This document shows, piece by piece, positions 56,809 to 64,000 of a DNA stretch of 64,000 bases. Source of the stretch: Vicinamibacterales bacterium (lineage in GTDB: Bacteria; Acidobacteriota; Vicinamibacteria; Vicinamibacterales; SCN-69-37); the NCBI GenBank assembly GCA_038918905.1, contig JBCKZS010000011.1, positions 1,062 through 65,061 of the forward strand, given 5' to 3'. Below the pieces are notes generated by a model. That model had not been told where the DNA came from. It saw nothing but the letters and a program-made list of their open reading frames with translations, and made no database searches. Both the position numbers and the translations under genes were made by a program. Numbering within the stretch: the stretch's first letter is position 1; every line of letters begins with the position of its first letter.

Positions 56809-58647
56809 ATGAGCCTTCCGCTTGCCACGGCCGAGCCCGCCGGCGCCCCACCTGATTCGCACGTCGTCAACGATTTCAGCATTTCGGTCGCCACCGTCAA
56901 CGGATCGGGCAGTCAGACGGCCAACATGATCCTGCTGCGCGCCATGTTCCAGATGGGCGTGCCTGTGTCGGGCAAGAACATGTTCCCGTCAAACATCGCG
57001 GGATTGCCCACGTGGTACACCATCCGCGCCAATCACAAGGGCTACATGGCGCGAAAGAAACAAATCGATTTCCTGGTCGCGATGAACGCCGAGACGGCGC
57101 GCGAAGATGTGTTGGCGCTCGATCCCGGCCGCGCGGTGGTGTACGACGCGCCGCTCAAACTCAATGAACTGCGCGACGACCTGATCTTGTATCCCGTCCC
57201 GTTCGACAGGATCGTCGCCGAGGTCTGTCCGGACGCGAAGCTGCGACGCCTGGTCAGGAACATGATCTATGACGGCGTCCTCGCCCACCTGCTCTCCATC
57301 GACCTGGGTGAAATGGAGAAGGCGCTGTCGACGCAGATGGGCAGGAAGCCGAAAGCGATGACGCTCAACATGAGCGCGATTGAGGCCGGCGCGAAGTACG
57401 CCGCCGAACACTTCCCCGAGCTCCGCCATCCGTACCGTATTCAGCGGCTGAACAAGACCGATGGCCAGATCCTGGTCGACGGCAACGCCGCTGCCGCCAT
57501 GGGGTGCCTGTTTGCCGGGTGCACGGTCGTGGCCTGGTATCCCATCACGCCGTCCTCGTCGCTCCCCGAGTCCCTGATCGGCTACATGCGCAAGTACCGC
57601 ATGGACAAGGAGACGGGCCAGGCGACGTTTGCCGTCGTGCAGGCCGAAGACGAGATCGCGGCCCTGGGGATGGTGATCGGGGCCAGTTGGGCCGGCGCGC
57701 GGGCGATGACGTCCACCTCCGGGCCGGGGATCTCGCTCATGTCCGAATTCGCCGGCCTCGCGTACTACGCCGAGGTGCCCGCCGTGGTGTTCGACATCCA
57801 GCGGATCGGCCCGTCCACCGGATTGCCCACCCGCACCGCGCAGGGCGACATCCTGTCCACCGCCGTCAACTCCCACGGCGACACCAAACACGTGCTGCTG
57901 CTGCCGTCTTCGATGGCCGAGTGTTTCGACATGGCCGGTGACGCGTTCGACCTGGCCGAACGCCTCCAGACCATCGTCTACGTGATGAGCGACCTGGACC
58001 TGGGCATGAACACCTGGATGTCCGAGCCGTTCACCTACCCGGCCAAACCCTTCGATCGCGGCAAGGTGCTCGACGAGGCCAAGGTCCGTGAGCTGGGCGT
58101 GACCTGGGGCCGTTACAAGGACCTCGACGACGACGGCATTCCGTGGCGTTCGTTGCCCGACACCAACACCCCGCCGTTTTTCACGCGTGGATCGGGGCAC
58201 AACTCGCAGGCGCAGTACAGCGAGCGCTCCGACGATTACGTCACGAACCTCGATCGTCTCGCGAAGAAGTTCGAGACCGCGAAAGGCCTGGTGCCGCAGC
58301 CCGTTGAGGACGCCGTGGCCGGGGCGACGGTGGGCATCATCGCCTACGGGTCGAGCCATTGGGCGGTGACCGAGTCGCGCGACCAACTTCGCGACGAGGC
58401 GTCCCTTGAGACGTCGTACCTGCGTCTGCGCGCGTACCCGGTCCCCAAGTCCGTCGAGGACTTCGTGCGCCGTCACGACCGGGTCTACGTCGTGGAGCAG
58501 AACCGCGACGCGCAGATGCTGAGTCTGTTCCGCATGGATCTCGATCCCGCCCTGCAGAGCCGCCTGCGGAGCGTGTTGCACTACAGCGGGTTGCCCCTTG
58601 ACGCCCGCAGCGTCACCCAGTCCATCGTCGCGCAGGAGAACCAGTAG
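56809..58647 (+). CDS. korA: 2-oxoglutarate/2-oxoacid:ferredoxin oxidoreductase alpha subunit
   Basis: 612 aa with fused gamma-alpha architecture, GNAAAAMG and YPITPSS motifs. Confidence 0.85.
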   Translation: MSLPLATAEPAGAPPDSHVVNDFSISVATVNGSGSQTANMILLRAMFQMGVPVSGKNMFPSNIAGLPTWYTIRANHKGYMARKKQIDFLVAMNAETAREDVLALDPGRAVVYDAPLKLNELRDDLILYPVPFDRIVAEVCPDAKLRRLVRNMIYDGVLAHLLSIDLGEMEKALSTQMGRKPKAMTLNMSAIEAGAKYAAEHFPELRHPYRIQRLNKTDGQILVDGNAAAAMGCLFAGCTVVAWYPITPSSSLPESLIGYMRKYRMDKETGQATFAVVQAEDEIAALGMVIGASWAGARAMTSTSGPGISLMSEFAGLAYYAEVPAVVFDIQRIGPSTGLPTRTAQGDILSTAVNSHGDTKHVLLLPSSMAECFDMAGDAFDLAERLQTIVYVMSDLDLGMNTWMSEPFTYPAKPFDRGKVLDEAKVRELGVTWGRYKDLDDDGIPWRSLPDTNTPPFFTRGSGHNSQAQYSERSDDYVTNLDRLAKKFETAKGLVPQPVEDAVAGATVGIIAYGSSHWAVTESRDQLRDEASLETSYLRLRAYPVPKSVEDFVRRHDRVYVVEQNRDAQMLSLFRMDLDPALQSRLRSVLHYSGLPLDARSVTQSIVAQENQ

Positions 58648-59715
58648 ATGTCGACCGAAACGCCCGCCCCCGCCCCCGCCCCCGCCCCCGGCCCCGCGAA
58701 GAAGACCAACCGCCTCGGGCTCGAACTCTCGACCTATCGCGGCAGCAAGACCACGCTCTGCGCGGGATGCGGTCACAACGCGATCACCGAGCGCATCATC
58801 GACGCCTGCTACGAGATGGGCGTGGACGCGAAGAAGGTGTTCAAACTCTCGGGCATCGGCTGCTCGAGCAAGAGCCCGGCGTACTTCCTCAACGCGTCAC
58901 ACGGTTTTAACTCCGTGCACGGCCGCATGCCCTCGGTCGCCACCGGCGCCATGCTCGCGAACAAGACGATGATGGCGATTGGCGTGAGCGGGGATGGGGA
59001 CACCGGCGCCATTGGCATCGGGCAGTTCGTGCACCTGATGCGCCGCAATCTGCCGATCATCTACATCATCGAGGACAACGGCTGCTACGGCCTGACCAAG
59101 GGCCAGTTCTCGCCGACGGCCGGCATGGGCACGAAGACCAAGAACGGCGTGGTCAACGACCTGCCGCCGATCGACACCTGCGCGCTGGCGATCGAACTCG
59201 GCGCGACGTTTGTCGCCCGGTCGTTCTCCGGTGACAAGAAGCAGTTGCTGAGCATCCTCAAAGCGGCCATCTCGCACCGCGGCACCTGCATGATCGATGT
59301 CATCTCCCCGTGTGTGACCTTCAACGACCACGAAGGGTCCACCAAGAGTTACGCCTACGTGAAAGAGCATGACGAAGCGCTGGGGGAAGTCACCTTTGTG
59401 CCGTTTTTCGAAGACATCACGGTGGAGTACGAGCCCGGCACCACGACCGAGGTCAAGATGCACGATGGTTCGCATCTGTATCTCAAGAAAATCGCCGAGG
59501 ACTACGATCCGACCGACAAACTGGCGGCGGCGCGGCTGCTGCACGAAACATCCCGGCGCGGCGAGTTCGCCACCGGAGTCATCTACCTCGAACTTGACAA
59601 GGACGACTTCCTGACGACGCTGAACATGGTGGACCAGCCGCTGGCGTTCCTGCCATCCGAGAAGGTGCGTCCGCCGCGGGCGGTGCTCGAAGAGTTGATG
59701 GACGGGCTGCGATAA
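58648..59715 (+). CDS. korB: 2-oxoglutarate/2-oxoacid:ferredoxin oxidoreductase beta subunit (TPP-binding)
   Basis: CAGCGHN, GIGCSS and GDGD TPP motifs. The ATG follows directly after the korA stop. Confidence 0.85.
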   Translation: MSTETPAPAPAPAPGPAKKTNRLGLELSTYRGSKTTLCAGCGHNAITERIIDACYEMGVDAKKVFKLSGIGCSSKSPAYFLNASHGFNSVHGRMPSVATGAMLANKTMMAIGVSGDGDTGAIGIGQFVHLMRRNLPIIYIIEDNGCYGLTKGQFSPTAGMGTKTKNGVVNDLPPIDTCALAIELGATFVARSFSGDKKQLLSILKAAISHRGTCMIDVISPCVTFNDHEGSTKSYAYVKEHDEALGEVTFVPFFEDITVEYEPGTTTEVKMHDGSHLYLKKIAEDYDPTDKLAAARLLHETSRRGEFATGVIYLELDKDDFLTTLNMVDQPLAFLPSEKVRPPRAVLEELMDGLR

Positions 59716-59751
59716 GTCGTGCGGGGTGCGGACCCTTGACCCCCTGGACGA

Positions 59752-59757
59752 TAGAAT
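59752..59757 (+). promoter_or_regulatory. TAGAAT box 9 nt upstream of the ndk ATG (leaderless candidate)
   Basis: gaTAGAATtgcccggttATG. No SD is present. Confidence 0.3.
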
Positions 59758-59766
59758 TGCCCGGTT

Positions 59767-60186
59767 ATGTCTACTGACCGAACGTTTGCCATCATCAAGC
59801 CGGACGCCGTGCGCGCCCGCGACACGGGCCGCATTCTGGCTCGCATCGAAGGACAGGGTTTCACGGTCCGCGCCATGCGGATGGTGCACCTCAGCAAGTC
59901 TGACGCCGAAGGGTTCTACGCGATCCATCGCGAGCGTCCGTTTTTTGGCAGCCTGACCGACTTCATGTCGTCGGGGCCGTGCGTGGTGTTGTGTCTGGAA
60001 GCGCCCGACGCGATCGAGAAGTGGCGCGCGGCCATGGGGGCGACCGATCCGGCCAAGGCCGAGGCCGGCACGCTGCGCAATGAGTTCGGCGCGTCGATCG
60101 AGAACAACGCGACGCACGGCTCAGACGCCCCGGACACCGCCGTCTTCGAACTGAGCTACTTCTTCCGCGGCCTTGATCTCAAATAA
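59767..60186 (+). CDS. ndk: nucleoside diphosphate kinase
   Basis: RTFAIIKPDAV and NATHGSD motifs. Confidence 0.95.
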   Translation: MSTDRTFAIIKPDAVRARDTGRILARIEGQGFTVRAMRMVHLSKSDAEGFYAIHRERPFFGSLTDFMSSGPCVVLCLEAPDAIEKWRAAMGATDPAKAEAGTLRNEFGASIENNATHGSDAPDTAVFELSYFFRGLDLK

Positions 60187-60224
60187 CAAATCGTAATTTG
60201 TAAATTTGAAATTGTAACTTTCCC
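60187..60224. other. 38-nt strongly AT-rich spacer with loose 7-8-bp periodicity between ndk and dcd
   Basis: caaatcgtaatttgtaaatttgaaattgtaactttccc stands out in an otherwise GC-rich window. Confidence 0.8.
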
Positions 60225-60779
60225 ATGTCTATCAAGGCCGACCGCTGGATTCGTCAGATGGCTCGTGACCACGGCATGATCGAGCCGTTTGTCGACGGGC
60301 AGGTGCGTGAGGGCGTCGTGTCGTACGGCCTGTCGTCGTACGGCTACGACATCCGGGTGGCGGATGAGTTCAAGGTGTTCACGAATATCAACAACACCGT
60401 GATCGACCCCAAGCACTTCGATCCGCGGTCGTTCGTGGACATTCAGTCGGATGTCTGCATTGTGCCACCGAATTCGTTCGCGCTGGCCCGCACCATCGAG
60501 TACTTCCGCATCCCGCGCGACGTGCTCACGGTGTGCCTGGGGAAGTCCACCTACGCCCGGTGCGGCATCATCGTGAACGTCACGCCGTTCGAACCCGAGT
60601 GGGAAGGGTTTGTGACACTCGAGATTTCGAACACCACGCCGCTGCCGGCGAAGATCTACGCGAACGAAGGCATCGCCCAGGTCTTGTTTTTCCAGAGCGA
60701 CGAGCCCTGCGAACGCTCCTACGCCGACAAAAAGGGCAAGTACTTGAAGCAGGTCGGCGTCACCCTGCCGAGAATCTAG
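60225..60779 (+). CDS. dcd: dCTP deaminase
   Basis: MSIKADRWI start and [10 protein letters not shown]. 184 aa. Confidence 0.95.
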   Translation: MSIKADRWIRQMARDHGMIEPFVDGQVREGVVSYGLSSYGYDIRVADEFKVFTNINNTVIDPKHFDPRSFVDIQSDVCIVPPNSFALARTIEYFRIPRDVLTVCLGKSTYARCGIIVNVTPFEPEWEGFVTLEISNTTPLPAKIYANEGIAQVLFFQSDEPCERSYADKKGKYLKQVGVTLPRI

Positions 60780-60799
60780 AGTGCATTGCAGTAGAGGAG

Positions 60800-60819
60800 G
60801 CCGGGTCTTCAGACCCGGC
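60800..60819 (+). terminator. hairpin GCCGGGTC-ttca-GACCCGGC after dcd
   Basis: Perfect 8-bp stem 20 nt after the dcd stop. No U-tract. Confidence 0.4.
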
Positions 60820-60886
60820 GTGTGGCCGGCTCGCCGGGTCCCAGTTGCGTATTTGCCCTCGCCGGGATACCATGGGGCTTCCTTGA

Positions 60887-60963
<77 letters not shown>

Positions 60964-60975
60964 ACTTCCAGAAAC

Positions 60976-61013
60976 AAAGAGGCCGTCGGATTCCGACGGC
61001 CTCTTTGTCTTTC
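60976..61013 (+). terminator. rho-independent terminator after tRNA-fMet
   Basis: A 14-bp perfect stem, AAAGAGGCCGTCGG-att-CCGACGGCCTCTTT, followed by GTCTTTC. Confidence 0.65.
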
Positions 61014-61144
61014 CCGTTCGCGGGTTCAGCGTTTGATGGCGTTGCCGGCCTTCTGCACGGCCTCGCCCACCTGGCGCGGGCCCTGCCGACCGTGGCCTGC
61101 GTCTTCCCGGCCACCTCCTGATGACGTCCTTCCAAAAGCCGGCG

Positions 61145-61360
61145 TCAGGCCGGTCTGCGCATCAGGCGCATCCACCGCCGGACGCACTCAGGCGCCCTGA
61201 GTCGCGCCCGGTCGGGCGTGGCGTAGCGCACCTGGGGTGTCTGCTCCTTGACGCCGTCCAGCTTGAACAGGCGCACGGAGCGAAGAAGCGACGGCAGACT
61301 GTTGCCATCGAAGTGATACTGCTCGCGGCCGTAGCCGCCATGGCCGTAGGGTGATCGCAT
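61145..61360 (-). CDS. hypothetical small protein
   Basis: 71-aa ORF starting MRSPYGHGGYGREQYHF, with high GC3. A weak hairpin plus T run follows the stop. No family recognised. Confidence 0.3.
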   Translation of the reverse strand: MRSPYGHGGYGREQYHFDGNSLPSLLRSVRLFKLDGVKEQTPQVRYATPDRARLRAPECVRRWMRLMRRPA

Positions 61361-61373
61361 GGGTGTCCTCCTG

Positions 61374-62180
61374 CTATCCCTTGCCGAGGGGCACACGGAT
61401 GTCCACGGGCTGGTCGAGCGTCAGCGTGAGCAGTGTGCCTGCCGGCAACTTGACCTCACGACCCTCCGTCGTCAGGACGACCGCGGTGCCCGCACCGCCG
61501 CCGATGACGCCGCCAATCACGGCGCCCTTCTTCCCGCCAAGAATGCCGCCCAGGATGGCGCCGCCCACGGTGGGAATGCCGATCTTGGTGGCGTCTTCGC
61601 CCTTGGTGGCCGGAGCCACGCGACTCAGGCTGACCCTGATGTTGTAGGCGTCATCATGGCCCTGGACCCGGAGCGTGCGGAACCGCAGCGCCAGACTGGC
61701 GCGGCCCTTCACCTTGCCCGAGGACTCCACGGCCGTCACCTCGCCTTTGAGCGTGCTCCCCACGGGCAGCACGGTGACGCCGTCGGTCACCACGGCGTCC
61801 ACCAACGTTCCCGTGATCGCGTCCTCGACCTTGCTGGAGTCGGAACTCACGGCGGTGTCGAGGCGGACGTGGAGCGTCGTATTCGCCGGCAGCGTGTACT
61901 CGCGGAACCTGGCGATTGCAGGCAGCACCACGGGCGTGCTCTCGTGCACGACCTGCACGTCGGCGATCTGGTCGCGGGGCACCGTCCGCACGGTGCGGCC
62001 TTCGTTCACCTTGACCGTCTGGGCGTCTTTTTCGACGAGCGTGCCCTGCACGACGCCGCCATCCTGCCGCGTGACCGCGACCTCGGCGCCGACGGGAACG
62101 GTCTCGATATCGGCGGCCTTATTGCAGGCTACTGTGAGAGACAACACGGCGAGTGCGCAGAGACGAAGAGCGAGTGTCAT
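61374..62180 (-). CDS. lipoprotein with C-terminal glycine-zipper segment (hypothetical)
   Basis: LAVLSLTVAC lipobox, beta-rich repeats and the GIPTVGGAILGGILGGKKGAVIGGVIGGGAG glycine zipper. Confidence 0.6.
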   Translation of the reverse strand: MTLALRLCALAVLSLTVACNKAADIETVPVGAEVAVTRQDGGVVQGTLVEKDAQTVKVNEGRTVRTVPRDQIADVQVVHESTPVVLPAIARFREYTLPANTTLHVRLDTAVSSDSSKVEDAITGTLVDAVVTDGVTVLPVGSTLKGEVTAVESSGKVKGRASLALRFRTLRVQGHDDAYNIRVSLSRVAPATKGEDATKIGIPTVGGAILGGILGGKKGAVIGGVIGGGAGTAVVLTTEGREVKLPAGTLLTLTLDQPVDIRVPLGKG

Positions 62181-62244
62181 GGCGTAAGCTCCTGACAAAA
62201 ATCGCCACCGTGTCATGGCCCGGTGGACAGTTCACCTGCGAAAT

Positions 62245-62261
62245 ATGCAGGCACCGTGCCA
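62245..62261 (-). promoter_or_regulatory. sigma54-like -24/-12 element upstream of the glycine-zipper lipoprotein gene
   Basis: The minus strand reads TGGCACGGTGCCTGCAT against the consensus TGGCACG-N4-TTGCW. The GG and GC spacing is canonical. There is one mismatch in the -12 box. Confidence 0.3.
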
Positions 62262-62371
62262 TCCTGGAGGTTCCGCCTGGTTGTGGCTGTCCACTACAGG
62301 ACAGGTCATTTCGACCAGCAGGGCGTGAAAAAAGGTGGAGGGGTGGCGGCCAGAAGCCGCGGTGACAGGGA

Positions 62372-62779
62372 TCAGTCGCGCGTTTTGTCGCGCAACGTGA
62401 TCAAGGTTTCGCCCGGGCGAATCAGGCCCAGGTCCTGTCGCGCCGCTTCCTCGAGCGCCTTCGGATCCTCGCGCAGGCGCCGAGCCGCTTCGCGCAGCCG
62501 CAGATTCTCCGCGCGCACCTCGCGCAGCGCATCGGCCACCTGCTGCTGTTCGCGCTGCGCCTGGATGGTGGCCAGGTATCCCTTCTCGCCAACCACCGCG
62601 TTCACCATCAACACGCCGGAGACGATCAGCAGGCCATACCACCAGATCCGGCGCCGGCGCTCCCGGGCCTCGGGCCCGGACCGCGGGCGCCGCCGCACAC
62701 GGGGCCGCGACACCGGGGCCGGCGCGTCGGTGTCCGGGGTGTCCGGACTCACGGAAGAGGGCACATCGTCGTTGGTCAT
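62372..62779 (-). CDS. ftsB: cell division protein FtsB/DivIC-like (septum formation initiator)
   Basis: Single TM, a coiled coil (LREVRAENLRLREAARRL) and EEAARQDLGLIRPGE. Confidence 0.8.
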   Translation of the reverse strand: MTNDDVPSSVSPDTPDTDAPAPVSRPRVRRRPRSGPEARERRRRIWWYGLLIVSGVLMVNAVVGEKGYLATIQAQREQQQVADALREVRAENLRLREAARRLREDPKALEEAARQDLGLIRPGETLITLRDKTRD

Positions 62780-62835
62780 CGCGCAGTCAGGGTTGTACCA
62801 GGATTTCGACCGCAGTACAAGCGCAAAATAGGGGC

Positions 62836-63156
62836 ATGGCCGACATCGTGCTTGTGCTGACCACCGTGCCGGAGGATTTTGATGCGGCGCAACTTGCCAG
62901 AACCCTCGTCGACGCGGGCCACGCCGCCTGCGTCAGCCTCCTGCCGCCGATGGAGTCGGTCTACCGCTGGCAGGGCGCGATCGAGTCCGCGCAGGAACGG
63001 CAGATCCTGATCAAGACCAGCACGGATCGCACCGGCGCGCTGCAGGCCGCGCTCAAGGCCCTGCACCCCTACGACGTCCCCGAATTCCTCGTCGTGCCCG
63101 TCATTGGGGGCAGCCCGGAGTATCTCGCCTGGGTGTTGGGGGCTACAGCAGTGTGA
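62836..63156 (+). CDS. cutA: divalent-cation tolerance protein CutA
   Basis: SVYRWQGAIE, LIKT and HPYDVPE motifs. 106 aa. Confidence 0.9.
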   Translation: MADIVLVLTTVPEDFDAAQLARTLVDAGHAACVSLLPPMESVYRWQGAIESAQERQILIKTSTDRTGALQAALKALHPYDVPEFLVVPVIGGSPEYLAWVLGATAV

Positions 63157-63745
63157 TCGCCGCGAAGCCGGCCACCAGCAGCACGAGGAACGCCAGGGCG
63201 AACGCGTCGAAGTGTTTTTCGATCATCGCGCGCACGGGGACGCCGAAGATCCTGAGCAGGATGGCGACGAGAAAAAACCGCGCCGCCCGACCCACGAGGC
63301 TGACACCGACAAACGGCCAGAACGCCATGCCGGTGGCGCCCGCCGCAATCGTCGCCACCTTGAAGGGAATCGGCGTAAACGCCGCGCTCAGCAGGAACAG
63401 CAGGCCGACGTCGCTCGTGTAGTAGGCGACGACGGTGTCCCACGCGCCCTGTGCGTGGTAGAAGTCCACAATCGGCTGTCCGATGACCGGCATGAACGCC
63501 GCGCCGATGGCGTACCCGATCATGGCGCCAATCACCGACCCGACTGAACACAGGACCGCCGCGGCCAGCCACCGCTGCGTGTTGGCCGCCACGATCGCAA
63601 TCAGCAGCACATCGGGCGGAATCGGAAAGACCGACGACTCGGCGATCGCAATCAGAAACAGCGCCGCCAGGCTGTAGGGCGTGTCCGCCCACGTCATCGT
63701 CCAGTCGTAGAGGCCGCGGATCCCGCGGCGGATCGCCGCGATCAT
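63143..63745 (-). CDS. yqaA: YqaA/DedA-related membrane protein
   Basis: AIAESSVFPIPPDVLL motif and 4-5 TM helices. Confidence 0.75.
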   Translation of the reverse strand: MIAAIRRGIRGLYDWTMTWADTPYSLAALFLIAIAESSVFPIPPDVLLIAIVAANTQRWLAAAVLCSVGSVIGAMIGYAIGAAFMPVIGQPIVDFYHAQGAWDTVVAYYTSDVGLLFLLSAAFTPIPFKVATIAAGATGMAFWPFVGVSLVGRAARFFLVAILLRIFGVPVRAMIEKHFDAFALAFLVLLVAGFAAITLL

Positions 63746-64000
63746 GCCAGGGCCTGCCGCAGGTCGTTCTTGAGGTCCTCGATGTCCTCAATGCCGGCAG
63801 AGATGCGGATCAGGCTGTCGCTGAGGCCAATCGCTGCCCGGCGTTCGGGCGGCACCGACGCATGGGTCATCGACGCGGGGTGGCAGACAAGCGTCTCCAC
63901 GCCGCCGAGGCTCTCGGCCAGCGCCATCAGACGAAACTTGTTCAGCACCGTGCGCGCGTCTTCCAGCGAGGCCATCTCGAACGACAACATGCCCCCGCAG
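63742..64000 (-). CDS. Cys/Met-metabolism PLP-dependent enzyme, C-terminal part (gene continues beyond the window)
   Basis: SLGGVETLVCHPASMTH and LIRISAGIEDIEDL motifs, shared by cystathionine gamma-synthase and O-acetylhomoserine sulfhydrylase-type enzymes. Confidence 0.75.
   Translation of the reverse strand, partial: CGGMLSFEMASLEDARTVLNKFRLMALAESLGGVETLVCHPASMTHASVPPERRAAIGLSDSLIRISAGIEDIEDLKNDLRQALA

Noticed and set aside
59736-59741. TTGACC might be the -35 box for the ndk TAGAAT.
   Set aside because: The spacer is only 10 nt, which is incompatible with sigma70 spacing of 16-18 nt.
61026-61140. A minus-strand frame ending ...VGEAVQKAGNAIKR might be a CsbD-like stress protein.
   Set aside because: No ATG, GTG or TTG start sits with a plausible N-terminus in frame. 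Only about 25 residues look CsbD-like.

Overview
This is a visibly high-GC bacterial chromosomal segment with about 65 protein genes, 2 tRNAs and no rRNA, CRISPR array or transposase. The gene content and a VWFA-related acidobacterial-type C-terminal fragment suggest an Acidobacteriota-like organism, but that is inference and was not verified.

Core genes in order:
- rimM-trmD-rplS-rnhB.
- A ThiE-family paralogue, a RodZ-like protein and a GHMP kinase.
- A tightly overlapping peptidoglycan recycling/synthesis operon, nagZ-ldcA-mpl-murB-murA. MurA carries Asp in place of the fosfomycin-target Cys.
- A minus-strand operon of lolA, a TPR lipoprotein-type secretin and a MacB/FtsX permease.
- tRNA-Ala(CGC), pfk and a PepSY membrane protein.
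- The minus-strand block rplM-rpsI-rpsB-tsf-pyrH-frr-thrC.
- pilMNOPQ followed by three co-transcribed uncharacterised genes: a lipoprotein, a Big/PKD protein and a TPR protein.
- A decayed pepP pseudogene, then accB-accC-thiE.
- A GT-C-like membrane glycosyltransferase, and AGCS and NSS sodium symporters.
- folD, then coaE-lapB-kdsC-kdsD-kdsA-pyrG-kdsB on the minus strand.
- mdh, sdhCAB divergent from sucCD-korAB-ndk-dcd, and the initiator tRNA-fMet.
- A glycine-zipper lipoprotein, ftsB, cutA, yqaA and a partial Cys/Met PLP enzyme.

Accessory, lower-GC patches:
- 31.8-35.0 kb: orphan HicB-like gene, NmrA, BrnTA, a DUF2442/DUF4160 pair and a 630-bp non-coding stretch.
- 47.3-48.5 kb: a RelE/HigB-like toxin with an XRE antitoxin.
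- 50.3-51.2 kb: a graveyard of a VWA fragment, a 68-bp hairpin element, a truncated doc and an antitoxin with an in-frame stop.

Structure not explained by genes:
- A strictly 8-bp-periodic array of 14 G-W-G-C-N-C words sits between the divergent NSS transporter and folD promoters.
- Other 7-11-bp tandem repeats lie directly at gene 5' ends.
- -10-like hexamers recur 5-9 nt before start codons, which suggests leaderless transcripts.
- A family of 8-bp GC stems with TTCA/TGAA loops is present.
- The 10-mer CCTGCGAAAT occurs three times, always in non-coding DNA.

The best candidates for undescribed systems are the lolA-liposecretin-FtsX operon and the three-gene extension of the pil operon. Everything here comes from reading the sequence and translations. 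No searches or computations were run.
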